This document shows, one piece after another, positions 8,705-16,730 of a stretch of 32,000 bases of DNA. Positions within the stretch are counted from its first letter, which is position 1. Each line of letters opens with the position of its first letter. This stretch comes from Candidatus Hermodarchaeota archaeon (GTDB lineage Archaea; Asgardarchaeota; Heimdallarchaeia; Hodarchaeales; Hodarchaeaceae), in assembly GCA_048886185.1 (NCBI GenBank), contig JBHLKY010000008.1, positions 30,001 to 62,000 on the forward strand, given 5' to 3'. The notes beneath the pieces are model-generated. The model was not told where the DNA came from. It worked only from the letters and a program-made list of their open reading frames with translations, and made no database searches. A program made the position numbers and the translations under genes.

Positions 8705-9928
8705 ATGACTATCTTTGATGTCCTCGTTGTTGGTGGAGGCCCAACTGGTTTATCAGCAGCAATCACAACAGCGAAACTAGGTTTGAATACGCTTGTAATT
8801 GAAGAACATACCACAATAGGCCATCCACTGGCTTGTGGTGAAGGAATTTCAGCTGAAAAGCTTATTTCACTAGAAAATATGCCAAAAAAAGACACCCAAC
8901 TAGATGATCATGCTTTAAAACTCCAAAGACATAAATCCTTTATCGAAAGGGTAATAAATGCTCAACGATTCTTCTTTGGGGAGAAAGGAGTAGCTACCTC
9001 AAAAATTAATACTGTAACAATCAATCGGCCTCTATTCGATCAACTTATGGCGAAAGATGCTCAAAACGCGGGAGGAGAGATACATTTAGGAACTCAAGTA
9101 ATCTCAATTGATCGTGAAAAGGAGAACTTAATAGTCAAAACTACAAAAGGAAAATATAGGGCGCGTGTTGTCATAGGATGTGACGGTCCAGCTGCTCATA
9201 GCGTTCGAATGATGGGATTACAACCTCCTACTAAGTATGTACAAGGTGTAGAATATAAAATTCAAGGAGTCCACACAGATGCTTTAGACTTCTACTTTAA
9301 TTTCAAGCAATTTAAGAAAATGCATTATGGTTGGGTTTTCCCAAAAAAATCTCAAACAAATATTGGAGTTGTAGTTCAACCAGCTTCTAAACCCATGAAT
9401 ATCTTGAATCAGTTCATAAAGCACTTAGGATTCAACAATATTAACGATGAAGAGATAATTCAAAAGATTGCTGGAATCATACCTGCTAGTGGACCTATTC
9501 CTAAAAATTATTGTAAAAATTTCATGGCTGCAGGAGATGCGGCAGGATTAACGAATTCGATATTCTATGGAGGTATCTCTATTGGAATTCACTCAGGTAT
9601 GCTTGCTGGACAAACAGCCATTGAAGCTCATGAAATTGGCCAATTTAATGAGGAACAAATGAAAAAATATGCATTAAAATGCCAATTATTTCCTTACACA
9701 GATCCAATTATTCAGAAAGCTCACAAAATACTATATAATAAATTCTCTGCGGAGGATATTGAAATCTTTGGTTCATGGGTTGATGGATGGGATATAACTA
9801 CTCTTAATGTCTTCCAGAAATTACGATTGTTTGGGAAATCTCTTTGTACTCCTTCGATGTTGAAAAAATTTGGTGATGCTCGAATTATCGCTCATGGTTT
9901 CAGCAAAAGCAGAGATTGGGGCTTTTAA
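8705..9928 (+). CDS. Geranylgeranyl reductase family FAD-dependent oxidoreductase
   Basis: VVGGGPTG FAD motif, ACGEG, INRPLFD, YGWVFPK, AGDAAG. Confidence 0.9.
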   Translation: MTIFDVLVVGGGPTGLSAAITTAKLGLNTLVIEEHTTIGHPLACGEGISAEKLISLENMPKKDTQLDDHALKLQRHKSFIERVINAQRFFFGEKGVATSKINTVTINRPLFDQLMAKDAQNAGGEIHLGTQVISIDREKENLIVKTTKGKYRARVVIGCDGPAAHSVRMMGLQPPTKYVQGVEYKIQGVHTDALDFYFNFKQFKKMHYGWVFPKKSQTNIGVVVQPASKPMNILNQFIKHLGFNNINDEEIIQKIAGIIPASGPIPKNYCKNFMAAGDAAGLTNSIFYGGISIGIHSGMLAGQTAIEAHEIGQFNEEQMKKYALKCQLFPYTDPIIQKAHKILYNKFSAEDIEIFGSWVDGWDITTLNVFQKLRLFGKSLCTPSMLKKFGDARIIAHGFSKSRDWGF

Positions 9929-10078
9929 GAAGACCAATTTTGATTTATAGGAAAAATATGAATCAGAAAATATCTGTCTTGATTTGCTCAAGATTTAAGA
10001 AGAGATCATAAGTGCACAGTTTTACGTCAGAACTTGGTTTTACTTCCGATTGGCCATAAATACAAAGGATAAATAACA

Positions 10079-10225
10079 ATGAAAAGCAACGCGAAAGCCT
10101 TTCTAGCGTTAGGTATTGGAATTATTTTATTATCTATTGCTATTTCCACAAATCAATTTGAAATAATTCAAGATATTATTCAAGAAATTACAGAAAGCGC
10201 GAAAGCGGGAATTCCAATACCTTAG
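10079..10225 (+). CDS. Small 48 aa membrane protein, not in the ORF track (resembles the small proteins found upstream of NapH-like ferredoxins, but lacks CXXC)
   Basis: Manual translation MKSNAKAFLALGIGIILLSIAISTNQFEIIQDIIQEITESAKAGIPIP*; one TM helix; stop is followed by GGTGA SD and the ATG at 10235. Confidence 0.7.
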   Translation: MKSNAKAFLALGIGIILLSIAISTNQFEIIQDIIQEITESAKAGIPIP

Positions 10226-10234
10226 GTGATCTAA

Positions 10235-11146
10235 ATGTCATGGCATAAGAAAAAAAAGACAAATTTAACAAAACTCCGCTTATTACGTACTTTTGTGCAA
10301 TTTATCATGTTCATCTTAATGAACCTAACCTTCTTTCTCCTTGGCGCAACATGGCTAGTTTTACCAGTCAACATGCCCCGATCACTATTTTCAACTTCCG
10401 AAGGAGCCTTTTTCCTATTACAGCGCATGTTGACAATGGCTATTGTGCCTTTAATCCCCCTAGCTGTTTTCTTTCTCTTAGGTTCCATTTTTGGAAGACT
10501 TTTTTGCGCATGGGCATGTCCTTTTGGTCTTTTCCAAGATATTCTCGGATATATCACTTCATGGGTTAGAAAATATGAACCAACACAAGAAACAAATTTA
10601 AATCTCCGTCAAATTGGTGAATTTATTACAGGGGCAACTTTGTTACTTTCAACCTTCATTGGAATCAATGTGGCTTTAGGTGAGAAAGCTGCAATGAAAG
10701 CATCTTTCGATGTGTTTGTTGAACAACCATGGGCTGTTTTAAGCCCCTCTGTTTTCTTATTCACAGTAATTCCTTTATTATTTTGGTGGGGGGGATTTGA
10801 GAATTTTATTATATGGGAAAAATTCGTTTTAATTGACATCATTTTTTGGTTACGTTTCTTCATTTTCATTTTTGCCATCATTGTTGTCATCTATGTCCCA
10901 AGAGGATGGTGCCGTTGGTTCTGTCCAGTTGGCATAATTATGGGTCATCTAGGTAAAAATTCTTTGTTAGGAATAGGGAGAAACATCTCAAAGTGTAATC
11001 ACTGTGGTTTTTGTGAGGATGTTTGCCCAATGGGAGTGAGAATTCTTTCCTATCCAGTAGAGAAAGTAAGAAGTCCGCAATGCACAAACTGCCTCGATTG
11101 TGTTGCGAGATGTCCTGAAGATGCAATGGAGATAAAGATTTTCTGA
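10235..11146 (+). CDS. NapH/MauN-type membrane-bound 4Fe-4S binding protein
   Basis: FCAWACPFG and WCRWFCPVG motifs; two CxxCxxCxxxCP motifs at the C-terminus; several TM segments. Confidence 0.9.
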   Translation: MSWHKKKKTNLTKLRLLRTFVQFIMFILMNLTFFLLGATWLVLPVNMPRSLFSTSEGAFFLLQRMLTMAIVPLIPLAVFFLLGSIFGRLFCAWACPFGLFQDILGYITSWVRKYEPTQETNLNLRQIGEFITGATLLLSTFIGINVALGEKAAMKASFDVFVEQPWAVLSPSVFLFTVIPLLFWWGGFENFIIWEKFVLIDIIFWLRFFIFIFAIIVVIYVPRGWCRWFCPVGIIMGHLGKNSLLGIGRNISKCNHCGFCEDVCPMGVRILSYPVEKVRSPQCTNCLDCVARCPEDAMEIKIF

Positions 11147-11191
11147 ATTTAGAAGCTTGTTTTCTTTCTATCCTCAAAATCCCTAGAATAT

Positions 11192-11410
11192 TTACCCCCA
11201 GCGTAATCGTTCTATCTCACGATCTTTTTTCAGCTGCTTTTTAATTTTACGGTAATGATCGGCACAAAGGTGCACTTTAGAAACTTTGTCTTTTATATTT
11301 AAGGTTAACCCTGCTTCTTTAATTGCGTTTCCTGCCTTTTCTCTAGATACGGTTTTTTTGGTCACACCAGAGCACTCTTCGACATCACAAGGCTTTTTCT
11401 TGGCTGCCAT
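11192..11410 (-). CDS. Small basic putative Zn-binding protein of unknown function (C-x4-C ... C-x2-H)
   Basis: CDVEEC...HLCADHYRKIKK...RLRWG; resembles a conserved TACK/Asgard hypothetical family (recalled). ATG at 11410. Confidence 0.7.
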   Translation of the reverse strand: MAAKKKPCDVEECSGVTKKTVSREKAGNAIKEAGLTLNIKDKVSKVHLCADHYRKIKKQLKKDREIERLRWG

Positions 11411-11433
11411 AATTGTCACTTACTATAATGCAG

Positions 11434-12183
11434 TCAACTAAAGGGAGTTAATTCAATATGACCAGGTATTGGACGAAAAATAAACTCTGTATTTTCGAGT
11501 TCGGCTAATGACATACCTGGAACCTTTCGTATCTGTAACACTTCCTCAGGAGCTACTTCCTTCTTCTCTTGTGTCCGTTTTTCCAATCTAATTACTCCAT
11601 CGCAATAATGTTCTACCGCTTGAATTATTCGTGGCTCGTGAACATCACGATGTAGGGTAAGTATACTGACAACACCCATTTCTTTGTCAGTGGCAATTTT
11701 ATGTTGTAAAAACGCCATTGGTGCCTTCAATGTGTCAGAGACCAACAAAATAGTGGTTAATGAATCAAGAACACCACGAATCGGTTGATTCCGAACATGT
11801 AATAATGAACGTCTAATTTGATCAGTTACAAGACGAGGTTGGGTAATATCTCGAATGATATTTTCTCCTGCTGAACCAGGTCTACCTTCGGCATATCCGA
11901 AAGGATTAGTAAAAGCATCCAAAAAAACTAACCGCTTAGTTTCAAAAGTAACTTCTGAGATATTATAGGGAACGAAAAGAGGTGAATAATGCGAGAAGAG
12001 ATGTTCTGTAGACAAGACATAGCCATATTCACCAGTCCTTAGCCCCTCTGATAAAAATTGGACTAAAACATGCTCAGTATTGATACCAACTTCGTCTTCG
12101 ACTAATATAACAGAGCCACGAGGCACTCCACCACCTAAAGCATCATCAAGCAAAGGAATGCCAAATTTTGCACGATCTTCCAT
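11434..12183 (-). CDS. KaiC/RAD55-like RecA-superfamily protein with degenerate Walker A
   Basis: FGIPLLDDALGGGVPRGSVILV, VLDSLT (Walker B), EHYCDGVIRL; P-loop position reads EDEVGINTE. Confidence 0.85.
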   Translation of the reverse strand: MEDRAKFGIPLLDDALGGGVPRGSVILVEDEVGINTEHVLVQFLSEGLRTGEYGYVLSTEHLFSHYSPLFVPYNISEVTFETKRLVFLDAFTNPFGYAEGRPGSAGENIIRDITQPRLVTDQIRRSLLHVRNQPIRGVLDSLTTILLVSDTLKAPMAFLQHKIATDKEMGVVSILTLHRDVHEPRIIQAVEHYCDGVIRLEKRTQEKKEVAPEEVLQIRKVPGMSLAELENTEFIFRPIPGHIELTPFS

Positions 12184-12369
12184 AGCCAATTTATATTTCT
12201 CCTTTTAGTAATCAATTATTGCGAGAATAACTTAAGTTCAGAGTTTCATTGTCAAATACATCAAACTTAAACTTAAAAGATTGCCTGTTCTACTCACCAA
12301 TTCAAGTTAATAAGAACATTAAATCATGTTAAAAATTATCCTTAATGTGAATTGCTGGAATTAAGCACC

Positions 12370-13179
12370 ATGAAAATAGAATTCTATGGAATAAGGACTC
12401 CTCTTATTAATGCAGCAGACAAAAATATTTCAGATATAATAATTAAGGCTTTGGAGTCCAATAAAATCGAATTACACAATGAAGATATCATTATCATTGC
12501 GAGTAAAGTAATTTCAATCACCGAAGGATGTCAAATTCCATTAGTGAATGTTACTCACATCAGAAAAGAAGCCCAATCTGCAGCAAAAGCCGCTGGACTC
12601 GACCCCCGATTCGTAGAGATAGTTTTCCAAGAAGCCGATGAAGTTTATGGCACAGTACCAGGAGCAGTTCTAGCTTTACGAGATGATATTTTACAAGCCA
12701 ACGCAGGAGTTGACCAAAGTAATGCTGGAGGGGATGATTTTCTAATCTTGCTACCAAGAAATCCCCTTAAAAGTGCAGAAAGAATACGCAAAGAGATTAA
12801 ACAGAAGACCACCAAGAACGTAGGAATTATCATCGCAGATTCAAAAACACACCCTTTAAGGCGGGGAACCTCAGGTTTTGCTCTGGCTGTATCGGGTTTC
12901 AGACCTATAATTGATGATATTGGTACACCTGATCTCTATGGACGTCCTATGCATATCACAACCCGAGCTGTTGCTGATAACCTAGTTAGCGGTGCAGAGA
13001 TCCTGATGGGAGAATCAAAACAAAGAGTCCCTGTAGTTTTGGTGCGAGGATGCAAAGAAATCATTTTTGAATGGACAATGGATGCTAAAAAATACAATCA
13101 TATGATGAAAATCTCACCACAACATTGTATTTATATGGGACCTCTCTGGTACAACCAAAAATCTGTTGTGGAGAAATAA
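12370..13179 (+). CDS. cofE: CofE family (F420-0:gamma-glutamyl ligase-like) amide ligase
   Basis: IIASKVIS, NAGVDQSNA, IIADS, PLRRG, DLYGRP, ADNL...LMGE motifs. ATG at 12370. Confidence 0.88.
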   Translation: MKIEFYGIRTPLINAADKNISDIIIKALESNKIELHNEDIIIIASKVISITEGCQIPLVNVTHIRKEAQSAAKAAGLDPRFVEIVFQEADEVYGTVPGAVLALRDDILQANAGVDQSNAGGDDFLILLPRNPLKSAERIRKEIKQKTTKNVGIIIADSKTHPLRRGTSGFALAVSGFRPIIDDIGTPDLYGRPMHITTRAVADNLVSGAEILMGESKQRVPVVLVRGCKEIIFEWTMDAKKYNHMMKISPQHCIYMGPLWYNQKSVVEK

Positions 13180-13182
13180 AGT

Positions 13183-14049
13183 ATGATCAAAGGAAAGTTA
13201 GCAGAAATTGATGTTGGTGACAATTTTAAAACTCGCCTTATGGCTATTATAAACCTCTCACCAACTTCTTTCTTTAAAGGGAGTATTAAACATTCTGAAG
13301 TGGACATTCAATCTTATCTTGAGCAAATTATTGAAGAAAAAGCAGACTTCATTGATGTTGGGGCCATTTCCAGTGCTCCAGCGTTTTTATATGAAGATAA
13401 AGAAAAGATATCTCATTCTATTGAAATTAAACGGCTATCTTATTTCTTCAAAGTATACGATGATATTGGAGTGGACATTCCTGTTTCTGTAGATACTCAG
13501 TCATCTAGGACAGCTGATTATGCTCTCTCTCAAGGAGCTAGAATTATTAATGATATTTCGGGATTTAAATCCGATCCCCTCATTCCAAATGTTGTTTCCG
13601 AATATTCAGCGTCAGCTATAATTATGGCTTGTCATCAGGTTCCTGGAGATGTTTTCTCTCTGCGAGAAGTCTTATCTGAAATAAAAACTAGTATACAATT
13701 AGGTATAAATGCTGGTATTGATAGATCAAAAATAGTAATCGACCCTGGACTAGGCAGCTGGGTACCTCAACGGAATATAGAGAATGATTTCAAATTAATT
13801 AATGATTTACCAAAGTTTCGCGAATTAAAGCAGTGTATTCTTGTTGGAATCTCACGAAAATCCTTTATTGGTAAAATATTAAACGTTCCTCCTGAAAATA
13901 GGTTATGGGGATCATTGGCAGCAACTACAGTAGCCATAATGAACGGAGCACATATAATACGAACTCACGATGTCAAACCAACTAGAGATGTTTGCTTAAT
14001 TACTGATTACATAAAAAGGATATTAGAAAAAAACCATAAGAATGATTGA
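13183..14049 (+). CDS. folP: Dihydropteroate synthase
   Basis: MAIINLSPTSF, DFIDVGA, SVDT, IINDISG, IDPGLG, LVGISRKSFIG, IIRTHDV. Confidence 0.93.
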   Translation: MIKGKLAEIDVGDNFKTRLMAIINLSPTSFFKGSIKHSEVDIQSYLEQIIEEKADFIDVGAISSAPAFLYEDKEKISHSIEIKRLSYFFKVYDDIGVDIPVSVDTQSSRTADYALSQGARIINDISGFKSDPLIPNVVSEYSASAIIMACHQVPGDVFSLREVLSEIKTSIQLGINAGIDRSKIVIDPGLGSWVPQRNIENDFKLINDLPKFRELKQCILVGISRKSFIGKILNVPPENRLWGSLAATTVAIMNGAHIIRTHDVKPTRDVCLITDYIKRILEKNHKND

Positions 14050-14422
14050 TAACACAAAAATTTAGTATCTATCACTCTATTCCTATTTTACTTAAATCTA
14101 AGTCTTTATTTCAGAGAATTATTGCATATGAAAAGGAAGTGTGGAAATTCATACGAATTTTGAAGAACGTTATTTTAATTAATGCTATTTAATATTTAAA
14201 GAATATTTTACTTTAAACAATGAACAGAACTCTTTATAATAATAAAATCCTAAATTATCATTGAATATATCAATTTACATAATATCTCTGATTTCATCTC
14301 AATAGTAATTTAATTAACCTTTAGAGAGAGATCAAGAAAATAACCCATATAAAATTAATATAGAGAAACAATATTCATAAAATTATAGATGATTTATTGA
14401 TTTATAGGTGCTTTTCGTGTCC

Positions 14423-15010
14423 ATGAAAAACATAGATGATTTCTTTGGGGATGATGAATCCCAAAATGTAAGAACATTAGTTGAAGTAACAAAAAGATTC
14501 TTTGGATTTGTTTCCCAGCTTGCAGAGATTGTTGATGAGTTATCAAATAGCTTCGATGAACTGTCAAGTAAAGTGGATCAAGTTCTTCAAAATCAAGCAG
14601 CAACACCCCCTCCAACATTAACCTCATTAAGTACCCCTCCTCCAACATTAACCTCACCAAGTACCCCTCCTCCAACACCTGTAACACCAATGGCGCCTCC
14701 GGCGGCACCAAGTGGACTTCCAGGACTTCCAACACCTCCAGCACCAGCTAGAGCCTTATCTCCTCCTCCAAGACCCACATCTTCGCCATCAGCACCAGCA
14801 GGGCTCCCTCCTCTTCCTGGATCATCTCCAACACCTCAACCAAATTTCGGCCAATCACCAGCAGCTCAACCAAGTTTTGGGCAACCACCACCTCCACAAC
14901 CAGTTGCACCAGCACCTCGAGCTTCTCCAATGAGTCTAAAAGCTCAAATGAATATGGAACTCAAGGAAGCATTTGCTAGAATCAAAAAAGGTTGGGACGA
15001 AGACGGATAA
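14423..15010 (+). CDS. Proline-rich protein: N-terminal coiled coil, long Pro/Ser/Thr/Ala region, C-terminal amphipathic helix and WDEDG tail
   Basis: AGGTG SD at 14406-14410, ATG at 14423, 195 aa; heptads V-L-V-L-F-L-V-V; ends MSLKAQMNMELKEAFARIKKGWDEDG. Confidence 0.8.
   Translation: MKNIDDFFGDDESQNVRTLVEVTKRFFGFVSQLAEIVDELSNSFDELSSKVDQVLQNQAATPPPTLTSLSTPPPTLTSPSTPPPTPVTPMAPPAAPSGLPGLPTPPAPARALSPPPRPTSSPSAPAGLPPLPGSSPTPQPNFGQSPAAQPSFGQPPPPQPVAPAPRASPMSLKAQMNMELKEAFARIKKGWDEDG
14603..14677 (+). repeat. 30 bp intragenic tandem repeat (2.5 copies) encoding TPPPTLTS(L/P)S
   Basis: ACACCCCCTCCAACATTAACCTCATTAAGT / ACCCCTCCTCCAACATTAACCTCACCAAGT / ACCCCTCCTCCAACA. Confidence 0.95.
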
Positions 15011-15025
15011 GGCTTTTAATTCTTT

Positions 15026-15979
15026 TCAGACGACCTCTTCTTGATACAATAATGAACCCAGCTCACGAAGACGTTTTGTACCTCTGATTTCATATTCAAA
15101 CATTGGTATTTTGATTAGATCGAATTCAGAGTATAAATCTTGGATTTTTTGAAGTGTTATTTCTTGGCTAGCAAATCTGGCTCTACAATATGCGCAATCA
15201 GGATTTTCTGGTTGAATTTGATTAATAAAGATTTGTGTGATCGGAAAAGCTACTTCAAATAACGCTCGTATTAAACGTTCTGTTTCCCAAACCGCCATAA
15301 TTGTAGGAATAGTAACAGCGACAAATTCAGTCTCTTTTGCATCTGATAAATGAACTCGTGCGATTTCTACCTGATCTCTTAGTTTCTCGAGTTTATCAAA
15401 AGCTTCTTGTTCACTAGAAGCAGAACTTCCTCCAAATAGTGCTTTAAAACCAGCCATCATTCCTCCAAGTCGCCGTCTCATTTTTATAAGTCGGAATAAC
15501 CAGCTCTGAGTCATTTCTGGTAATTGAAGTAATTTAAGTGTATGGCCTGTTGGTGCAGTATCAAACACAACTATGTCATATTCTGGATTTTGTATGTATT
15601 CTAATAATTGAATGAAAGCAACAGTCTCGTCTGCTCCTGGTGGTGATAAGGAAGTAGGATCATCGTTTCCTAAAAATTCTGAAATTGTACCAGAAGGATC
15701 TTGTTGGCTAACCATATCTGAATATGTCCGCATAGCATTTTCAGTATTCAGCTCAATAGCCCACAAGTTAACCACATCTTGTACCGCAGTATAGGATTCA
15801 CCACCAATACTTTGATCCAAACTATCTGAAACTGAATGTGCAGGGTCAGTTGAAACTAATAATGTTCGGAATCCCATATCAGCTGCTCGTATTGCTGTAG
15901 CAGCTGCCATTGTTGTCTTTCCAACTCCTCCTTTTCCTCCGAAAAACAGAAATCTCTTTTCAAATAGGGAAAGTGACAT
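15026..15979 (-). CDS. Get3/TRC40/ArsA family ATPase, Get3-like
   Basis: GKGGVGKTT, STDPAHS, DTAPTGHTLKLL, Met-containing insert (IKMRRRLGGMMAGFKALFGG), C-terminal CAYCRAR. Start moved to ATG 15979 (MSLSLFEK). Confidence 0.9.
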   Translation of the reverse strand: MSLSLFEKRFLFFGGKGGVGKTTMAAATAIRAADMGFRTLLVSTDPAHSVSDSLDQSIGGESYTAVQDVVNLWAIELNTENAMRTYSDMVSQQDPSGTISEFLGNDDPTSLSPPGADETVAFIQLLEYIQNPEYDIVVFDTAPTGHTLKLLQLPEMTQSWLFRLIKMRRRLGGMMAGFKALFGGSSASSEQEAFDKLEKLRDQVEIARVHLSDAKETEFVAVTIPTIMAVWETERLIRALFEVAFPITQIFINQIQPENPDCAYCRARFASQEITLQKIQDLYSEFDLIKIPMFEYEIRGTKRLRELGSLLYQEEVV

Positions 15980-16112
15980 GATAGTTCTAATAAGAAAAGC
16001 AAAACAATAATGTTTGGGAGGTATGATATCAATGAGAAATAATGAATTGAAACAAGAATCTTTAACAAGATAATTTAGAGGCGTGTAAATAAACCTCATT
16101 GGAGGTTAACTG

Positions 16113-16730
16113 GTGTATAAAAAGACGAAACGGGTATTGTTTCTATTATTCATTGTTACTAGTTTGAATATTGTCATCAGTTCTCTTAACCAGTCTGTAA
16201 CGCAAATCAGTGCTACAACGCATGAATCAAATGAAAAAAATGCATCCTACCCTAGATTATTCGTCACAAAATACGCTAATAAACAAGAAGTGGCTATTGG
16301 AGACAGTATTGTTGTCACAGTAACAATAAAAAATTTTGGAAACAAAACAGCGCACAATGTCACCTTTATTGACAAATTAAATCAACCTTGGATCTTTAAT
16401 ATTTCTGGATTAACACAACTCTCTTATGGTCAAATTGGGATCAATGAAAGCCGTCAATTTAGTTATTTGGTTACAACAAAATCAATAGGAATATATCGAC
16501 TTTATGCTGCTCAAATTGAATACTATGACTCAGAACTCAATCCTTCAAAATTTATAACCATAAGCAATGAATTAGTAATCACTGTTATTGAACCACCAGA
16601 GGATTTTTCGTTAGCTAATTTTAATACCGTTATAACGCTGTTTATTGCATTAATTATGCTTGATATATTCTTAGTTATCAGGTTATTTGCGCCAAGATTT
16701 AATAGAAGGCCGAAAGATAATTATGAGTGA
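16113..16730 (+). CDS. Single-pass membrane protein with Ig-like (DUF11/BatD-like) domain, similar to translocon-associated protein beta (TRAP-beta/SSR2)
   Basis: GGAGG SD + GTG; signal-peptide-like N-terminus; RLFVTK...GDSIVVTVTIKNFGNKTAHNVTFID...SG...G.Y....A.I.Y pattern; C-terminal TM helix and short basic tail. Confidence 0.65.
   Translation: MYKKTKRVLFLLFIVTSLNIVISSLNQSVTQISATTHESNEKNASYPRLFVTKYANKQEVAIGDSIVVTVTIKNFGNKTAHNVTFIDKLNQPWIFNISGLTQLSYGQIGINESRQFSYLVTTKSIGIYRLYAAQIEYYDSELNPSKFITISNELVITVIEPPEDFSLANFNTVITLFIALIMLDIFLVIRLFAPRFNRRPKDNYE

Noticed and set aside
7316-10938. Short overlapping ORFs 7316-7504, 7863-8054, 8043-8234, 8328-8576, 8686-8895, 10231-10557, 10351-10569, 10609-10890 and the one starting at 10938
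   Set aside because: All overlap confidently assigned genes in another frame or strand and have no motifs.
14394-14933. Alternative-frame ORFs over the Pro-rich gene (Leu/Glu-, Gly- and His/Gln-rich)
   Set aside because: Their low-complexity composition is the expected by-product of CCx-rich codons; only the 14423 frame has an SD and structured termini.
15026-15979. Arsenic resistance ArsA
   Set aside because: Single domain with a Get3-like insert and CxxC, and no ars genes nearby.
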